Assembly (NCBI GenBank): GCA_963813015.1 | Contig: CAWEXN010000007.1 | Location: forward strand, 209,526-273,525 | DNA from: an uncultured Acidobacteriaceae bacterium | GTDB taxonomy: Bacteria > Acidobacteriota > Terriglobia > Terriglobales > Acidobacteriaceae | Length of the DNA: 64,000 nucleotides | Direction: 5' to 3' | Shown: positions 20,934 to 33,200 of the stretch, piece by piece | Layout of the letters: each line of letters begins with the position of its first letter | How positions within the stretch are numbered: position 1 is the stretch's first letter | Notes under the pieces: generated by a model | What the model saw: only the letters and a program-made list of their open reading frames with translations | Database searches by the model: none | What the model was told of the DNA's origin: nothing | Made by a program: the position numbers and the translations under genes

Positions 20934-21087
20934 AGTCGTTGTGGTAGCAACTGTTTCATCGAAGGGCTTGGTGGGCAACCTCTTCCACAAATGTTCCGCA
21001 AAATCGAGGCTCGGTTTTGATGGATATTGATAAGAAAGAGGATGGCGCACTTTTGCCGTACGATTGAATCCACTCTTCGGAGAGGCG

Positions 21088-22241
21088 ATGCAGGCGATCC
21101 TCGCGCTCGAAGACGGGCGCATCTTCCGCGGGCACGGCCACGGACACCCAGGCGAATGTCAGGGCGAAGTCGTTTTTAATACTTCTCTCACCGGTTACCA
21201 GGAAATCGCCACCGACCCATCCTACGCCGGGCAAATTGTCGTTCTCACCAACCCCCAAATTGGCAATTACGGTACCAATCGCGCCGACAATGAGGCTGCG
21301 CGTCCTTATATTGAAGGCCTGATTGTCCGTGAGTTCTCCGCCATCAGCTCCAACTGGCGTTCCGAGCAGGTCACGGACGAGTACATGGAGCGCTACTCCG
21401 TGCCCGTGCTCGCCGAGATCGACACCCGCGCCCTGGTTCGCCACCTCCGCGACCGCGGCGTGATGCGCGGCGTGATCTCGACGACAGAGCCGAACCCGGA
21501 CGTGCTGGTTGCGAAGGCCAAGGCCATCCGCAAGATGGAGGGTACCGATCTGGCGCGCGTGGTCTCGACCAAGAGCCAGCTACGAGTTCGACGCCTCCGA
21601 TCCGCGCAATCAGAGTGGGGAGCCGCTGCTGGACGATGGTTTTCTCAAGCAAGAGAAGCACTTGCAGAAAATATTGAATGTAGTAGCTTATCGATTTTGG
21701 CATTAAGCAGAACATTCTGCGCATGTTAGCTCGTGACGGTTGCCGCGTGACCGTGGTTCCGGCAGAGACGACGGCTGAAGATGTGCTGGCGCTCAAGCCC
21801 GACGGCGTCTTCCTGTCGAACGGCCCCGGCGACCCCGAGCCGGTCGATTATGCCGTCCGCGCTATCCGCAACATGTTGGGCCGCGTGCCAGTGTTCGGTA
21901 TCTGCCTGGGCCACCAGCTCTGCGGCCTGGCTCTCGGCGGACGCACCTACAAGCTCAAGTTCGGCCACCACGGCGGCAATCATCCGGTTAAGAACAATGC
22001 CACCGGCAAGGTTGAGATCACGGCCCACAACCACAACTTCGCCGTCGATCCCGACTCCATCAACGCCAACGAGGTCGAGTTGACCCACGTTGACTTGAAC
22101 GATCAGACGCTCGAAGGCCTGCGCCACAAGACGCTGCCGCTCTTCAGCGTGCAATACCACCCTGAAGCCGCTCCCGGCCCGCACGATTCGCATTATCTGT
22201 TCCGCGACTTCCGGCAGATGATGGAGGAGTGGAAGGGATGA
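21088..22241 (+). CDS. carA: Carbamoyl-phosphate synthase small chain (two +1 frameshifts near 21574 and 21692)
   Basis: [53 protein letters not shown]; three frames join into one protein. Confidence 0.93.
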
Positions 22242-22272
22242 CCCTCGCGATGCTCGACAGATTCAGCATTTC

Positions 22273-22305
22273 AAAACAGCGGGGCTTTTGGCTCCGCTGT
22301 TTTTT
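22273..22305 (+). terminator. Intrinsic terminator after carA
   Basis: AAAACAGCGG-GGCTTTTGGCT-CCGCTGTTTT stem-loop ending in a T run. Confidence 0.75.
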
Positions 22306-22330
22306 GGAATAAAGAGCAAGACCTTTATGT

Positions 22331-22398
22331 GAAGGGTACGGGCTTTAGCCCGTACATTGAACCAGCCACAGAATCGGGGCTTTAGCCCCTGAGGGAAT
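22331..22398 (+). repeat. Left REP-like element of the RAYT (two hairpins)
   Basis: GAAGG-GTACGGGC-TTTA-GCCCGTAC ... GGGGC-TTTA-GCCCC-TGAGG. Confidence 0.85.
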
Positions 22399-22401
22399 AG
22401 G

Positions 22402-22923
22402 ATGCGTCCCAGGCGAGAGACAATCCGGAGCAGCGAAGGCTCTTACTTCATCTCGACGCAGACAGCGGACCGAAGGCCTTTCTTCCGCCACCACCGATGG
22501 GCGCGCCTGATGCTGGATGTGCTAAGACACTATGACGGAAACGGCTACATGCTCCACGCCTTTGTCATCATGCCCGATCACCTGCATCTGCTGATCACTC
22601 CATCCGAGTCTGTTGAAAGATCTGTTCAACTGTTCAAAGGCGGATTCTCTTACCGGGCCAAACGAGAGCTCGATTGGAAGGGCAACATCTGGCAACCGGG
22701 ATTCACGGACCATCGCATTCGCGACGAGGAAGATTGGAAGCGGCATCTGGAATACATCCGGTCGAATCCGGTTGAAGGCCGACTCGTCACGGATTCTGTT
22801 CTCTATGAATTCATCGGCCTGCCCAGCATTGAATTTCCTCAGGGGCTTAAGCCCATCGAGACAGCTAGCCTTAATGTACGGGCTGAAGCCCGTACCCTTC
22901 AAAACCGGGCACACAACAACTAG
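22402..22923 (+). mobile_element. REP-associated tyrosine transposase (RAYT, Y1/IS200-like HUH)
   Basis: YFIS, VIMPDHLHLL (HUH), WQPGFTDHRIR, YIRSNPV (catalytic Tyr). Confidence 0.9.
22835..22900 (-). repeat. Right REP-like element, inverted copy of 22331-22398
   Basis: CCTCA-GGGGC-TTAA-GCCC ... GTACGGGC-TGAA-GCCCGTAC-CCTTC; overlaps RAYT 3' end. Confidence 0.85.
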
Positions 22924-22940
22924 GAAACGAGTCAAGACAA

Positions 22941-26235
<3,295 letters not shown>

Positions 26236-26313
26236 TTCAGAGCGCCGGGCCGCATGCAATCGTGGTGCTCAGATCGGCAATTTTGAAAAACTAAGAGCAG
26301 GGAAGTCGCGGTT

Positions 26314-26802
26314 CTATGATTCCACGCGGCGCCGCATCCCGATCCACGCGCCGATCGAATACCCAACCAGCGCCGCCGCAGGCCACGTGCCGATAAACGG
26401 ACCATCGTCATCCATCAGGCCGCTTGCGTCAGGCAGGCTGAAAAACGTCCGCGAAAGTTTATCCATCGCGCCGCATTGAAAGCATCGTCCTGGTCCGGTG
26501 GGCAAATCCAGAACGTAAAGGCCCACAATCATCGCCCAGATGAGCCCCACCAACCACACGGCGGTTGCCATCTCGCTCGGATGAATCTTGGCAACAACCA
26601 AACCCACGAGGAGCGGCACGGCCATCGATAAGACCAAAATCACACTCTGCGAGATGCCCGTGGGATTCACAGCATATCCAACGAGCATGAGCGCGATCCA
26701 GGAGGCGAGTGCAAGAAGCGTGTGCAGAAAGAATGAAAGCGCCTGGCCGGCGAGTCTCGGCGCCTTCCGGGTCATCTGTCCACTGTGCAACGAAGATTCC
26801 AT
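26314..26802 (-). CDS. Hypothetical membrane protein
   Basis: About 4 hydrophobic helices with a CFQC motif in a loop; start at ATG 26802 assumed. Confidence 0.6.
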   Translation of the reverse strand: MESSLHSGQMTRKAPRLAGQALSFFLHTLLALASWIALMLVGYAVNPTGISQSVILVLSMAVPLLVGLVVAKIHPSEMATAVWLVGLIWAMIVGLYVLDLPTGPGRCFQCGAMDKLSRTFFSLPDASGLMDDDGPFIGTWPAAALVGYSIGAWIGMRRRVES

Positions 26803-26962
26803 GATCCGGCGCCCTTTCTTAGATTGCCGATTCATCCATTGAACGCGATTCGTTTGTCGTGTGAACTCCAACATACACCGGCGCGGCTTGCAGGGCCAAC
26901 CGGCCAAAGGCGTAACAGGGAACTGAGCGCTGCGGCTCTGCGACGGGCACTACAATAAACCC

Positions 26963-28033
26963 ATGCTTCTCGAAGGCGTATTTGCCCCGGTCACCACGCC
27001 GTTCTACGCGGACGAACGCGTTTACTTCAGGAAAATCGAGGCCAACATGGCGCGCTACTCGCGCAGCCTGCTGGCGGGAATGGTGGTGCTGGGCTCGACG
27101 GGCGAGGCTGTTTCGCTCAACGACGAGGAAACGCGCGACGTTCTTCGCGCCTCCGTCGAAGCGACCGCACCGGAGAAGGTTCTCATCGCCGGCATTGGCC
27201 GAGAAAGCGTTCACGCGACGCTTGAGCTGGCGGAGTTCGCGGCAACCCTCCATTACGACGCGGTTCTTGTTCGCCCGCCCAGCTACTATACCGGTCAAAT
27301 TTCGCCAGCCGCCATTCTTCATTATTTCCGAAGCATTGCCGACCGGTCGCCGCTTCCGGTGGTGCTGTATTACATTCCCAAGTTCGTCCCTTGCGAGATG
27401 CCGGTCGAGCTCATTGCCGAGCTTGCTCAGCACCCGAACATCATCGGCATCAAGGACTCGAGCGGCAACGTGGAACGGATTCGTGAGACTGTTGCTGCCA
27501 CCCAAAGCGCGCCCCGGCGCACCGTTCCGGTCACACAGGTTTTTGAGGCCGCTACTGCGCGGATGATGATGGCCCCGCCAAACGAGGCCGCCGCGACCTT
27601 TGTTTCGGCCAGCGACTTGGCCGGCGGAATTGGCGTCGCCACCGCGCCACCTGCCGCCACGGTCAAAACATCGACCAAAACCCGCAGCCGGGAAGTGGGC
27701 TTTCAGGTTCTCACCGGTTCCGAGCGCTCCATCTTCGCGGCGCTCGAGGCCGGCGCCTCTGGCGCCATTGTCGCCTTTGCTACATTCGCCCCGCAGGTGA
27801 CGCAGGAGATTTATCTCGCCTGGAAGGACCACGACCTGAAGCTCGCCGAAGAGAAGCAGCAGAGGATTCTTGCGGCCGGCAGCCGAGTTGTTGGCGCGAT
27901 GGGGCTGGCGGGAATCAAGTACGCGTGCGACTTTAACGGCTACTACGGAGGGCGCCCAAGGTCACCGATTTTGCCGCTCACGGGCGAGCAGAAGGCCGAG
28001 GTTGAGGGGTTATTGGTGGAAATCAGGAACTAA
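26963..28033 (+). CDS. Dihydrodipicolinate synthase / class I aldolase family protein
   Basis: APVTTPF, GSTGE, PPSYY, LYYIP, GIKDSSG (Schiff-base Lys); carries a ~60 aa insertion. Confidence 0.88.
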   Translation: MLLEGVFAPVTTPFYADERVYFRKIEANMARYSRSLLAGMVVLGSTGEAVSLNDEETRDVLRASVEATAPEKVLIAGIGRESVHATLELAEFAATLHYDAVLVRPPSYYTGQISPAAILHYFRSIADRSPLPVVLYYIPKFVPCEMPVELIAELAQHPNIIGIKDSSGNVERIRETVAATQSAPRRTVPVTQVFEAATARMMMAPPNEAAATFVSASDLAGGIGVATAPPAATVKTSTKTRSREVGFQVLTGSERSIFAALEAGASGAIVAFATFAPQVTQEIYLAWKDHDLKLAEEKQQRILAAGSRVVGAMGLAGIKYACDFNGYYGGRPRSPILPLTGEQKAEVEGLLVEIRN

Positions 28034-28259
28034 TCTGCGGATATCGAATGTCCGATAACAGATATTCTGTTAACTAAAATTATCCACAAATCGCTTGTTC
28101 CTAACCCTATACCTGTCAGCACCCTAAACGCTGCCCTCTTATCCAACCTTCTCTTAGAAGGTCTGCGTTCCCTGGAGCTTGAACTTCTGGAACGAGGCTT
28201 CTCGACCGAACGCATGCCTGCGCTGTGCGGCCCTGCTCAGTTTTTAAAGAATTGCTGGC

Positions 28260-28808
28260 TTACATCTTGTAGCGGCCGAGGTCTTCGTCGTTCAGCCCCT
28301 CGAGCCATCCCCGCAATTGCTCTGCGGTGGGCCCTTCCGGTGGGCCGGTGGTGTTCAGTTTGGCGCTTTCCATCACTTTATCGGCGACGTAGATGGGGCA
28401 ATCGGCACGCAGCGCCAGCGCGATGGCGTCGGAGGGCCGGGCGTCCACGGCCACTTGCTCGCCTCCCTGCCTGAGCCATAAAACTGCATAGAATGTATCA
28501 TCTTTAAGCTCTGTAATTACAACGCGTTCTAGCTCACCATTCAAGTGACGCACGAGGTTCCGAGTTAGGTCGTGGGTCATGGGCCGAGCGGCTGTCATCT
28601 TCTCGATTTCGAGAGCGATCGCGTTGGCCTCAAAGATGCCCACCCAGATCGGCATCACCGCTTCAGACCCCACATCCTTCAACACCACGATCGGCATGTT
28701 CGTGGAGGGGTCCATCATCAGCCCGCGGATCCGCACCTCGATATCCGTCCGTTCCCTCTTCCCGGGCCCTCGCTCTGTAGCCACTTCGCGATCAGGCGTT
28801 TCTGCCAT
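28260..28808 (-). CDS. Bifunctional nuclease family protein (DUF151)
   Basis: PIVVLKD, PIWVGIFEANAIA, RPMTHDL, DARPSDAIALA. Confidence 0.9.
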   Translation of the reverse strand: MAETPDREVATERGPGKRERTDIEVRIRGLMMDPSTNMPIVVLKDVGSEAVMPIWVGIFEANAIALEIEKMTAARPMTHDLTRNLVRHLNGELERVVITELKDDTFYAVLWLRQGGEQVAVDARPSDAIALALRADCPIYVADKVMESAKLNTTGPPEGPTAEQLRGWLEGLNDEDLGRYKM

Positions 28809-28827
28809 GGCTTCCTCGCTCTCTGTT

Positions 28828-30147
28828 TTAGACGGGCTCGCCGATCAAACTGTTAGGATACGCTCCAGTGATCCTCACGCGCACGTAACTTCCAGGCGCT
28901 GGAGCGATGGGCTGCGTCCAGGTAATGTTCACCGGCTTGTTCTGCGTGCTGCGCGCGGAAATCTGTCCACGATCCGGATTCGCGCCTTCCACCATCACCT
29001 CAAGAATCTCGCCGATCTGTTTGGAGTAATTGGTTCTCTGAATCTCTCTTTGCCGTTCAAGCAGAACTTGAAGCCGTTTCGCCTTCTCCTCCTCGGGCAC
29101 CGTGTCGATCATGACGAGCGCAGGAGTGTTGGGCCGCGCCGAGTACTTGAATGCGAAGACACAGTCGTATTGGACCTCGGCAAGCAAGTTCATTGTCTCG
29201 ATAAAGTCATCGTCGGTCTCGCCGGGAAAGCCCACAATGATGTCCGTTGAGAGCGAAATCGGACGCCGCGCCGCCTTAATCCACGCAATCCGCTCCAGGT
29301 ACCACTCCGGTGTGTATTCGCGGGCCATCTGCTTCAGCACTTTTGCTGACCCAGACTGCACCGGCAGATGCACATGGTCGCAAAGCGTCGGCACGCGGTC
29401 GATGGCCTCCACAATGTCCCGCGTAAAGTCCCGTGGATGGCTGGTGGTAAAGCGCACGCGCCGGATGCCGTCCACTTCGCCTACAGCGGCGAGCAATTCA
29501 GCGAAGCTCGACTTCCCTTCCGGGTCGCGGTAGCTGTTCACGTTCTGGCCCAGCAACTGGATTTCGGTGTAGCCAAGATCGGCGATGCGTCGCGCCTCGG
29601 CCAGGACTGACGACGAGCTCCGGCTGCGCTCCTTGCCACGCGTGTAGGGGACGACGCAATAGGAGCAGAACTTGTCGCACCCTTCAATGATGGTGATGTA
29701 GCCGCGATAGGGATTTTGCCGCGCCGTGAACTCCGTCTCGAAGGTTTCATCGGTCTGCCGGTCATCGAGCCCGGTGATGCGGTTTTCGCCCGCTTCAAGC
29801 CGCGTCAGCATCTCCGGCAGCTTGCGGTACGAGGCCGAACCCGATACGAGCGAGACGTACGGCGCTCGCTCGAAGATCTTCTCGCCTTCCTGCTGCGCCA
29901 CGCAGCCCAGCACCCCGAAGCGCTTCCCCTGCTTGTGCAGCTTTTTGTAGTCGTTCAGGCGATTGAAGACCTTCTGCTCCGCCTTGTCGCGAATGGAGCA
30001 GGTGTTGTAGAGGATCAGCCCGGCGTCTTCCTCGGTCTCCACCTGCCGGTAACCCTGCTGGCAGAGTGTGCCAATCACCTTCTCGGAGTCATGGGCATTC
30101 ATCTGGCAGCCGAATGTCTCCAAATAGAATGTTTTTTCGGTCGCCAT
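28828..30147 (-). CDS. miaB: tRNA-2-methylthio-N6-dimethylallyladenosine synthase
   Basis: TFGCQMNAHDSE, NTCSIR, radical SAM CDKFCSYC, HLPVQSGS, TDIIVGFPGET, C-terminal TRAM. Confidence 0.95.
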   Translation of the reverse strand: MATEKTFYLETFGCQMNAHDSEKVIGTLCQQGYRQVETEEDAGLILYNTCSIRDKAEQKVFNRLNDYKKLHKQGKRFGVLGCVAQQEGEKIFERAPYVSLVSGSASYRKLPEMLTRLEAGENRITGLDDRQTDETFETEFTARQNPYRGYITIIEGCDKFCSYCVVPYTRGKERSRSSSSVLAEARRIADLGYTEIQLLGQNVNSYRDPEGKSSFAELLAAVGEVDGIRRVRFTTSHPRDFTRDIVEAIDRVPTLCDHVHLPVQSGSAKVLKQMAREYTPEWYLERIAWIKAARRPISLSTDIIVGFPGETDDDFIETMNLLAEVQYDCVFAFKYSARPNTPALVMIDTVPEEEKAKRLQVLLERQREIQRTNYSKQIGEILEVMVEGANPDRGQISARSTQNKPVNITWTQPIAPAPGSYVRVRITGAYPNSLIGEPV

Positions 30148-30192
30148 CGCCTCTTCAGTATACGGGGAATCCCATTGGCACAGGCGGGTCTG

Positions 30193-30243
30193 GGGTGCCC
30201 CATCCTAGAGCTCGCCGGATCTTGGCGAGCTTTAGGGTGGGAT
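30193..30243 (+). repeat. GGGTGCCCC-type REP-like hairpin, copy 1
   Basis: GGGTGC-CCCATCCTA-GAGCTCGCC-loop-GGCGAGCTT-TAGGGTGGG. Confidence 0.75.
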
Positions 30244-30301
30244 GGCGCGATGCTCCCTCACAAATGATTCCTAAGCCCGCTTTTTCACTGATGCAACAGC
30301 C

Positions 30302-30348
30302 GGGTGCCCTGTCCTCGCCGCGTCTCTGTTTTTGCGGCTAAGGTGGGG
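30302..30348 (+). repeat. GGGTGCCCC-type REP-like hairpin, copy 2
   Basis: GGGTGCCCTGTCCTCGCCGC...GCGGCTAAGGTGGGG. Confidence 0.7.
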
Positions 30349-30393
30349 TTAGCTGACTCCGCGAACACCGCTGACTCCGCCAAACCCGCTGTT

Positions 30394-31033
30394 TCACTGG
30401 TGCAGCAGCTTGAATGCGTGCGTCCACTCGTTCTTCGTGAATCCCAGAACGCACCACAACATGCACAATGGCTCAATAGCGCGCGCCGATTCCACTTTTC
30501 CCATGTCAGCCGTCTCCCAGCCGAACTGTTCCAGGATCTGCGCCGTCACCACCTTGGCCCCGTCGTCGTTGCCGCAAATAAACATCGTCGGCTTCCCTGC
30601 TTTGTACTGCGGATTCACCATCTGCCGGTTCCCCACCGAGTTGAACGCTTTGACGAAGTGAACCTTGGGAAACTCGCGCTGCAGCCGCTCCATCAGCGAG
30701 TCGTCGAGCGTGGTAAAAAACTTCAGGACTCCGTTCACCGGCGGCGCGTCGGCGATGGGGTTGCACGCGTCCATCACCAGCTTGCCGTCGAGGTTCGCGC
30801 TCCCGCCAGCGCAGCACATCGGCCGCCACGGATCCTTTCACCGCCAGCGCCAGCACTTCGCCAAACGCCGCGGTCTCGCTGAAGCTGCCCACCTGTGCCT
30901 TGGGATTTTTACGCTTCCAATCCGCCAGCTTTCCCGCGTCGCGCGTGCCGACCATGACTTGGTGCCCGTGCTTGATGAAGCCTTCCGCGAGCGACTTCGC
31001 CACGTCTCCTGACCCCAAAACTCCAACCTTCAT
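30394..31033 (-). CDS. NADPH-dependent F420 reductase-like oxidoreductase (one frameshift near 30810)
   Basis: GVLGSGDVA Rossmann motif, GTRD, DACNP, VKAFNS, ICGNDDGAK, ARAIEP across two frames. Confidence 0.85.
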
Positions 31034-31048
31034 CGCCTTTTCTCCTCT

Positions 31049-31399
31049 CTATTGCTCCGGCTGATCTCGCAAGCCGCTGTGCAGATAGGCGACCACCGCG
31101 TCCATCTGCTCCTTCGACATCTGGTAAGCAAACGACGGCATCATTCCCTTGCCCGTCATCAACACCCGCTCCACTTCCGCATCTGTTGCCGGCTCACCAT
31201 CGGGAAAAGTGTTTCGACTGAAGAGGCCATGCAGATTCGGCGGAACTTTCTTCAGATGCAGGTCGTTCTGCTCGTGGCAGTGAGCGCAGCCAACGTTGTA
31301 GAGGTGCTTCCCTTCTGCCTGTTGCGTCGTCAGTGTCGGCGCCGAGCGGCATCCAATCACGCCGCCGGCAAATGCCGCTGATAAAACTGCTGCCCTCAC
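31049..31399 (-). CDS. Monoheme c-type cytochrome, probable lipoprotein
   Basis: CAHCH heme motif, GKGMMPSF distal Met, VIG-C lipobox-like signal. Confidence 0.85.
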   Translation of the reverse strand: MRAAVLSAAFAGGVIGCRSAPTLTTQQAEGKHLYNVGCAHCHEQNDLHLKKVPPNLHGLFSRNTFPDGEPATDAEVERVLMTGKGMMPSFAYQMSKEQMDAVVAYLHSGLRDQPEQ

Positions 31400-31421
31400 T
31401 GTTGTCTCGCGTCACCGATTC

Positions 31422-31604
31422 AAGCCTTCCGCGGGAACCGGCTGCTCGGACATTCAGAGCCGCAGTCCCACGAGCACAACTCCCCGAACGAAACTCCGAT
31501 CTCGACTTTTAATCCGGAGAAGCCTCGGGGACCGCAGGCGGCGACCCCTCCCGCGCTTCTTCAGTCTGAACGTGCTCGCCGAGCCGGGTCAAGCGGCCCA
31601 CCAC
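31422..31604 (-). ncRNA. ssrS: Probable 6S RNA
   Basis: ~183 nt intergenic rod with central bubble; stems CCGGC/GCCGG, CUCGG/CCGAG, ACGUUCAGA/UCUGAAUGU, CCCCGA/UCGGGG, CUCCG/CGGAG; G-U wobbles favour the minus strand; GGGAG follows the 5' bubble. Confidence 0.55.
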
Positions 31605-31670
31605 AACAATGTGATGAATTGCTGCCGGAACTCGAAACCATTTCGATCGCCCGCCAATTATCCTGTTTTC

Positions 31671-32666
31671 ATGGCGCTTCCCACTTTAGACGAAATCCGC
31701 GAGGCTCAATCCCTGATCTATCGATCCATGCCGCCCACTCCGCAGTACAGCTGGCCGCTGATTAACCAGCGGCTTGGCGCCGAGGCCTGGATCAAGCACG
31801 AAAACCACACACCGGTCGGAGCGTTCAAGCTGCGCGGCGGCTTGGTCTACGCAACGTGGCTCAAACAAACGCAGCCCGGCCTTAAAGGCGTTGTGGCGGC
31901 CACGCGCGGCAACTTTGGCATTGGAGTTGCCGCGGCGGCGCGCCTGTTAGAACTGAAAGCTGTCATCGTCGTTCCCCACGGCAACAGCGTCGAGAAAAAC
32001 CGTGCCACCGAGGCGCAGGGAGCGGAGCTGGTCGAGCATGGACACGATTTTCAGGAGTCGCTTGAGTATGCCCGCGTCCTGGCGCGTGAGCGCGACTACA
32101 CGATGGTCGAGTCGTTTCACGAGCGTCTGGTCCGGGGCTCCGCGACTTATGCTTTAGAACTTTTTCAGGGGGCGCCGAAGCTAGATCGAGTCTACGTCCC
32201 GATCGGGCTGGGCTCTTCGATCTGCGGCATGGTAGCCGCGCGCAATGCTCTCAATCTGTCCACCGAGATTATCGGCGTAACGGCGACGGCGTCCGCAGCC
32301 GCCGCGCTCAGCTTTAAGCAGCGCAAACTGGTTGAATCCCCCGCCGCTTCCGAAATCGCCGACGGACTCGCCTGCCGCAGGCCCAATCAGGATGCGTTGG
32401 AAATTATCTGGGCCCATGTCGCGCGCATCGTCGAAGTCACTGACGCAGAGATTGCGGAAGCCATGCGCATCTATTACGAGGACACGCACAACGTGGCCGA
32501 AGGCGCCGGAGCGGCTCCGCTGGCCGCCGCGCTCAAGGAGAAAGCGTCGCTCGGCGGCAAACGGGCCGGAATCGTTCTCACCGGCGGCAATGTCGATCGT
32601 GAAGTCTTCGTCGCTGCGCTCAACGGGACGTTTGAGGGAGCATTCCAGCCAGTGAGACAGGCATGA
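31671..32666 (+). CDS. PLP-dependent serine/threonine dehydratase (no regulatory domain)
   Basis: KHENHTPVGAFKLRGG, ATRGNFG, PIGLGSSI, AEGAGAAPLAA, LTGGNVD. Confidence 0.9.
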   Translation: MALPTLDEIREAQSLIYRSMPPTPQYSWPLINQRLGAEAWIKHENHTPVGAFKLRGGLVYATWLKQTQPGLKGVVAATRGNFGIGVAAAARLLELKAVIVVPHGNSVEKNRATEAQGAELVEHGHDFQESLEYARVLARERDYTMVESFHERLVRGSATYALELFQGAPKLDRVYVPIGLGSSICGMVAARNALNLSTEIIGVTATASAAAALSFKQRKLVESPAASEIADGLACRRPNQDALEIIWAHVARIVEVTDAEIAEAMRIYYEDTHNVAEGAGAAPLAAALKEKASLGGKRAGIVLTGGNVDREVFVAALNGTFEGAFQPVRQA

Positions 32667-33097
32667 CTGAGCGCCGCGAGCACCTCACGCATTTTGCCCA
32701 CTCGGCCGGCAATCGCTGTTTCGGCTGCGGTCAAGCAAACCAAACCGGCCTGCGTCTTGATTTCCTGCTTGCTGACGACGGCTCGGTCGTCAGCTTTCCC
32801 GTCGTCGCCAGTGCTTTTGAAGGGCACCCCGGCTACCTGCATGGGGGCATCATCGCTACGCTGCTCGATGAAGCGATGAGCAAGGCGGTGCGCGCGCGAG
32901 GCTCCACTTCCATGACGCGCAAAATCGAGGTCGATTACCTCCGCCCGGTTCCAAGTGAGGTCCCGCTTCGTCTCGAAGGACGCATCGCTCGCAACGAGCC
33001 GCGCAAGCATTGGGCAGAAGCTCGCATCCTCGACGAAAAAGGGAAACTGCTCGCCGAGGCGAAGGGACTCTTCATTGAAGTCTCACCCAAAACATGA
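32663..33097 (+). CDS. PaaI-family (hotdog) thioesterase
   Basis: CFGCG, EGHPGYLHGGIIATLLDE, YLRPVP; ATGA overlap with upstream gene. Confidence 0.9.
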   Translation: MTERREHLTHFAHSAGNRCFGCGQANQTGLRLDFLLADDGSVVSFPVVASAFEGHPGYLHGGIIATLLDEAMSKAVRARGSTSMTRKIEVDYLRPVPSEVPLRLEGRIARNEPRKHWAEARILDEKGKLLAEAKGLFIEVSPKT

Positions 33098-33116
33098 ACG
33101 GCGGTAGCTCGGCCGC

Positions 33117-33163
33117 GGGTGCCCCACCCTCGCGACGCCTTTGTCTTTGTCGCTAGGGTGGGG
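33117..33163 (+). repeat. GGGTGCCCC-type REP-like hairpin, copy 3
   Basis: GGGTGCCCCACCCTCGCGAC...GTCGCTAGGGTGGGG between convergent genes. Confidence 0.75.
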
Positions 33164-33200
33164 TCATCAATTCTTGGTTCAATTTGTTCTGCCGCCAGCT

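Noticed and set aside
21045-21060. Sigma54 promoter upstream of carA (TGGCGCACTTTTGC)
   Set aside because: Spacing is GG-N9-GC, not the required N10.
28040-28260. Replication origin
   Set aside because: Only one perfect DnaA box, no unwinding-element repeats, and no dnaA/dnaN neighbours.
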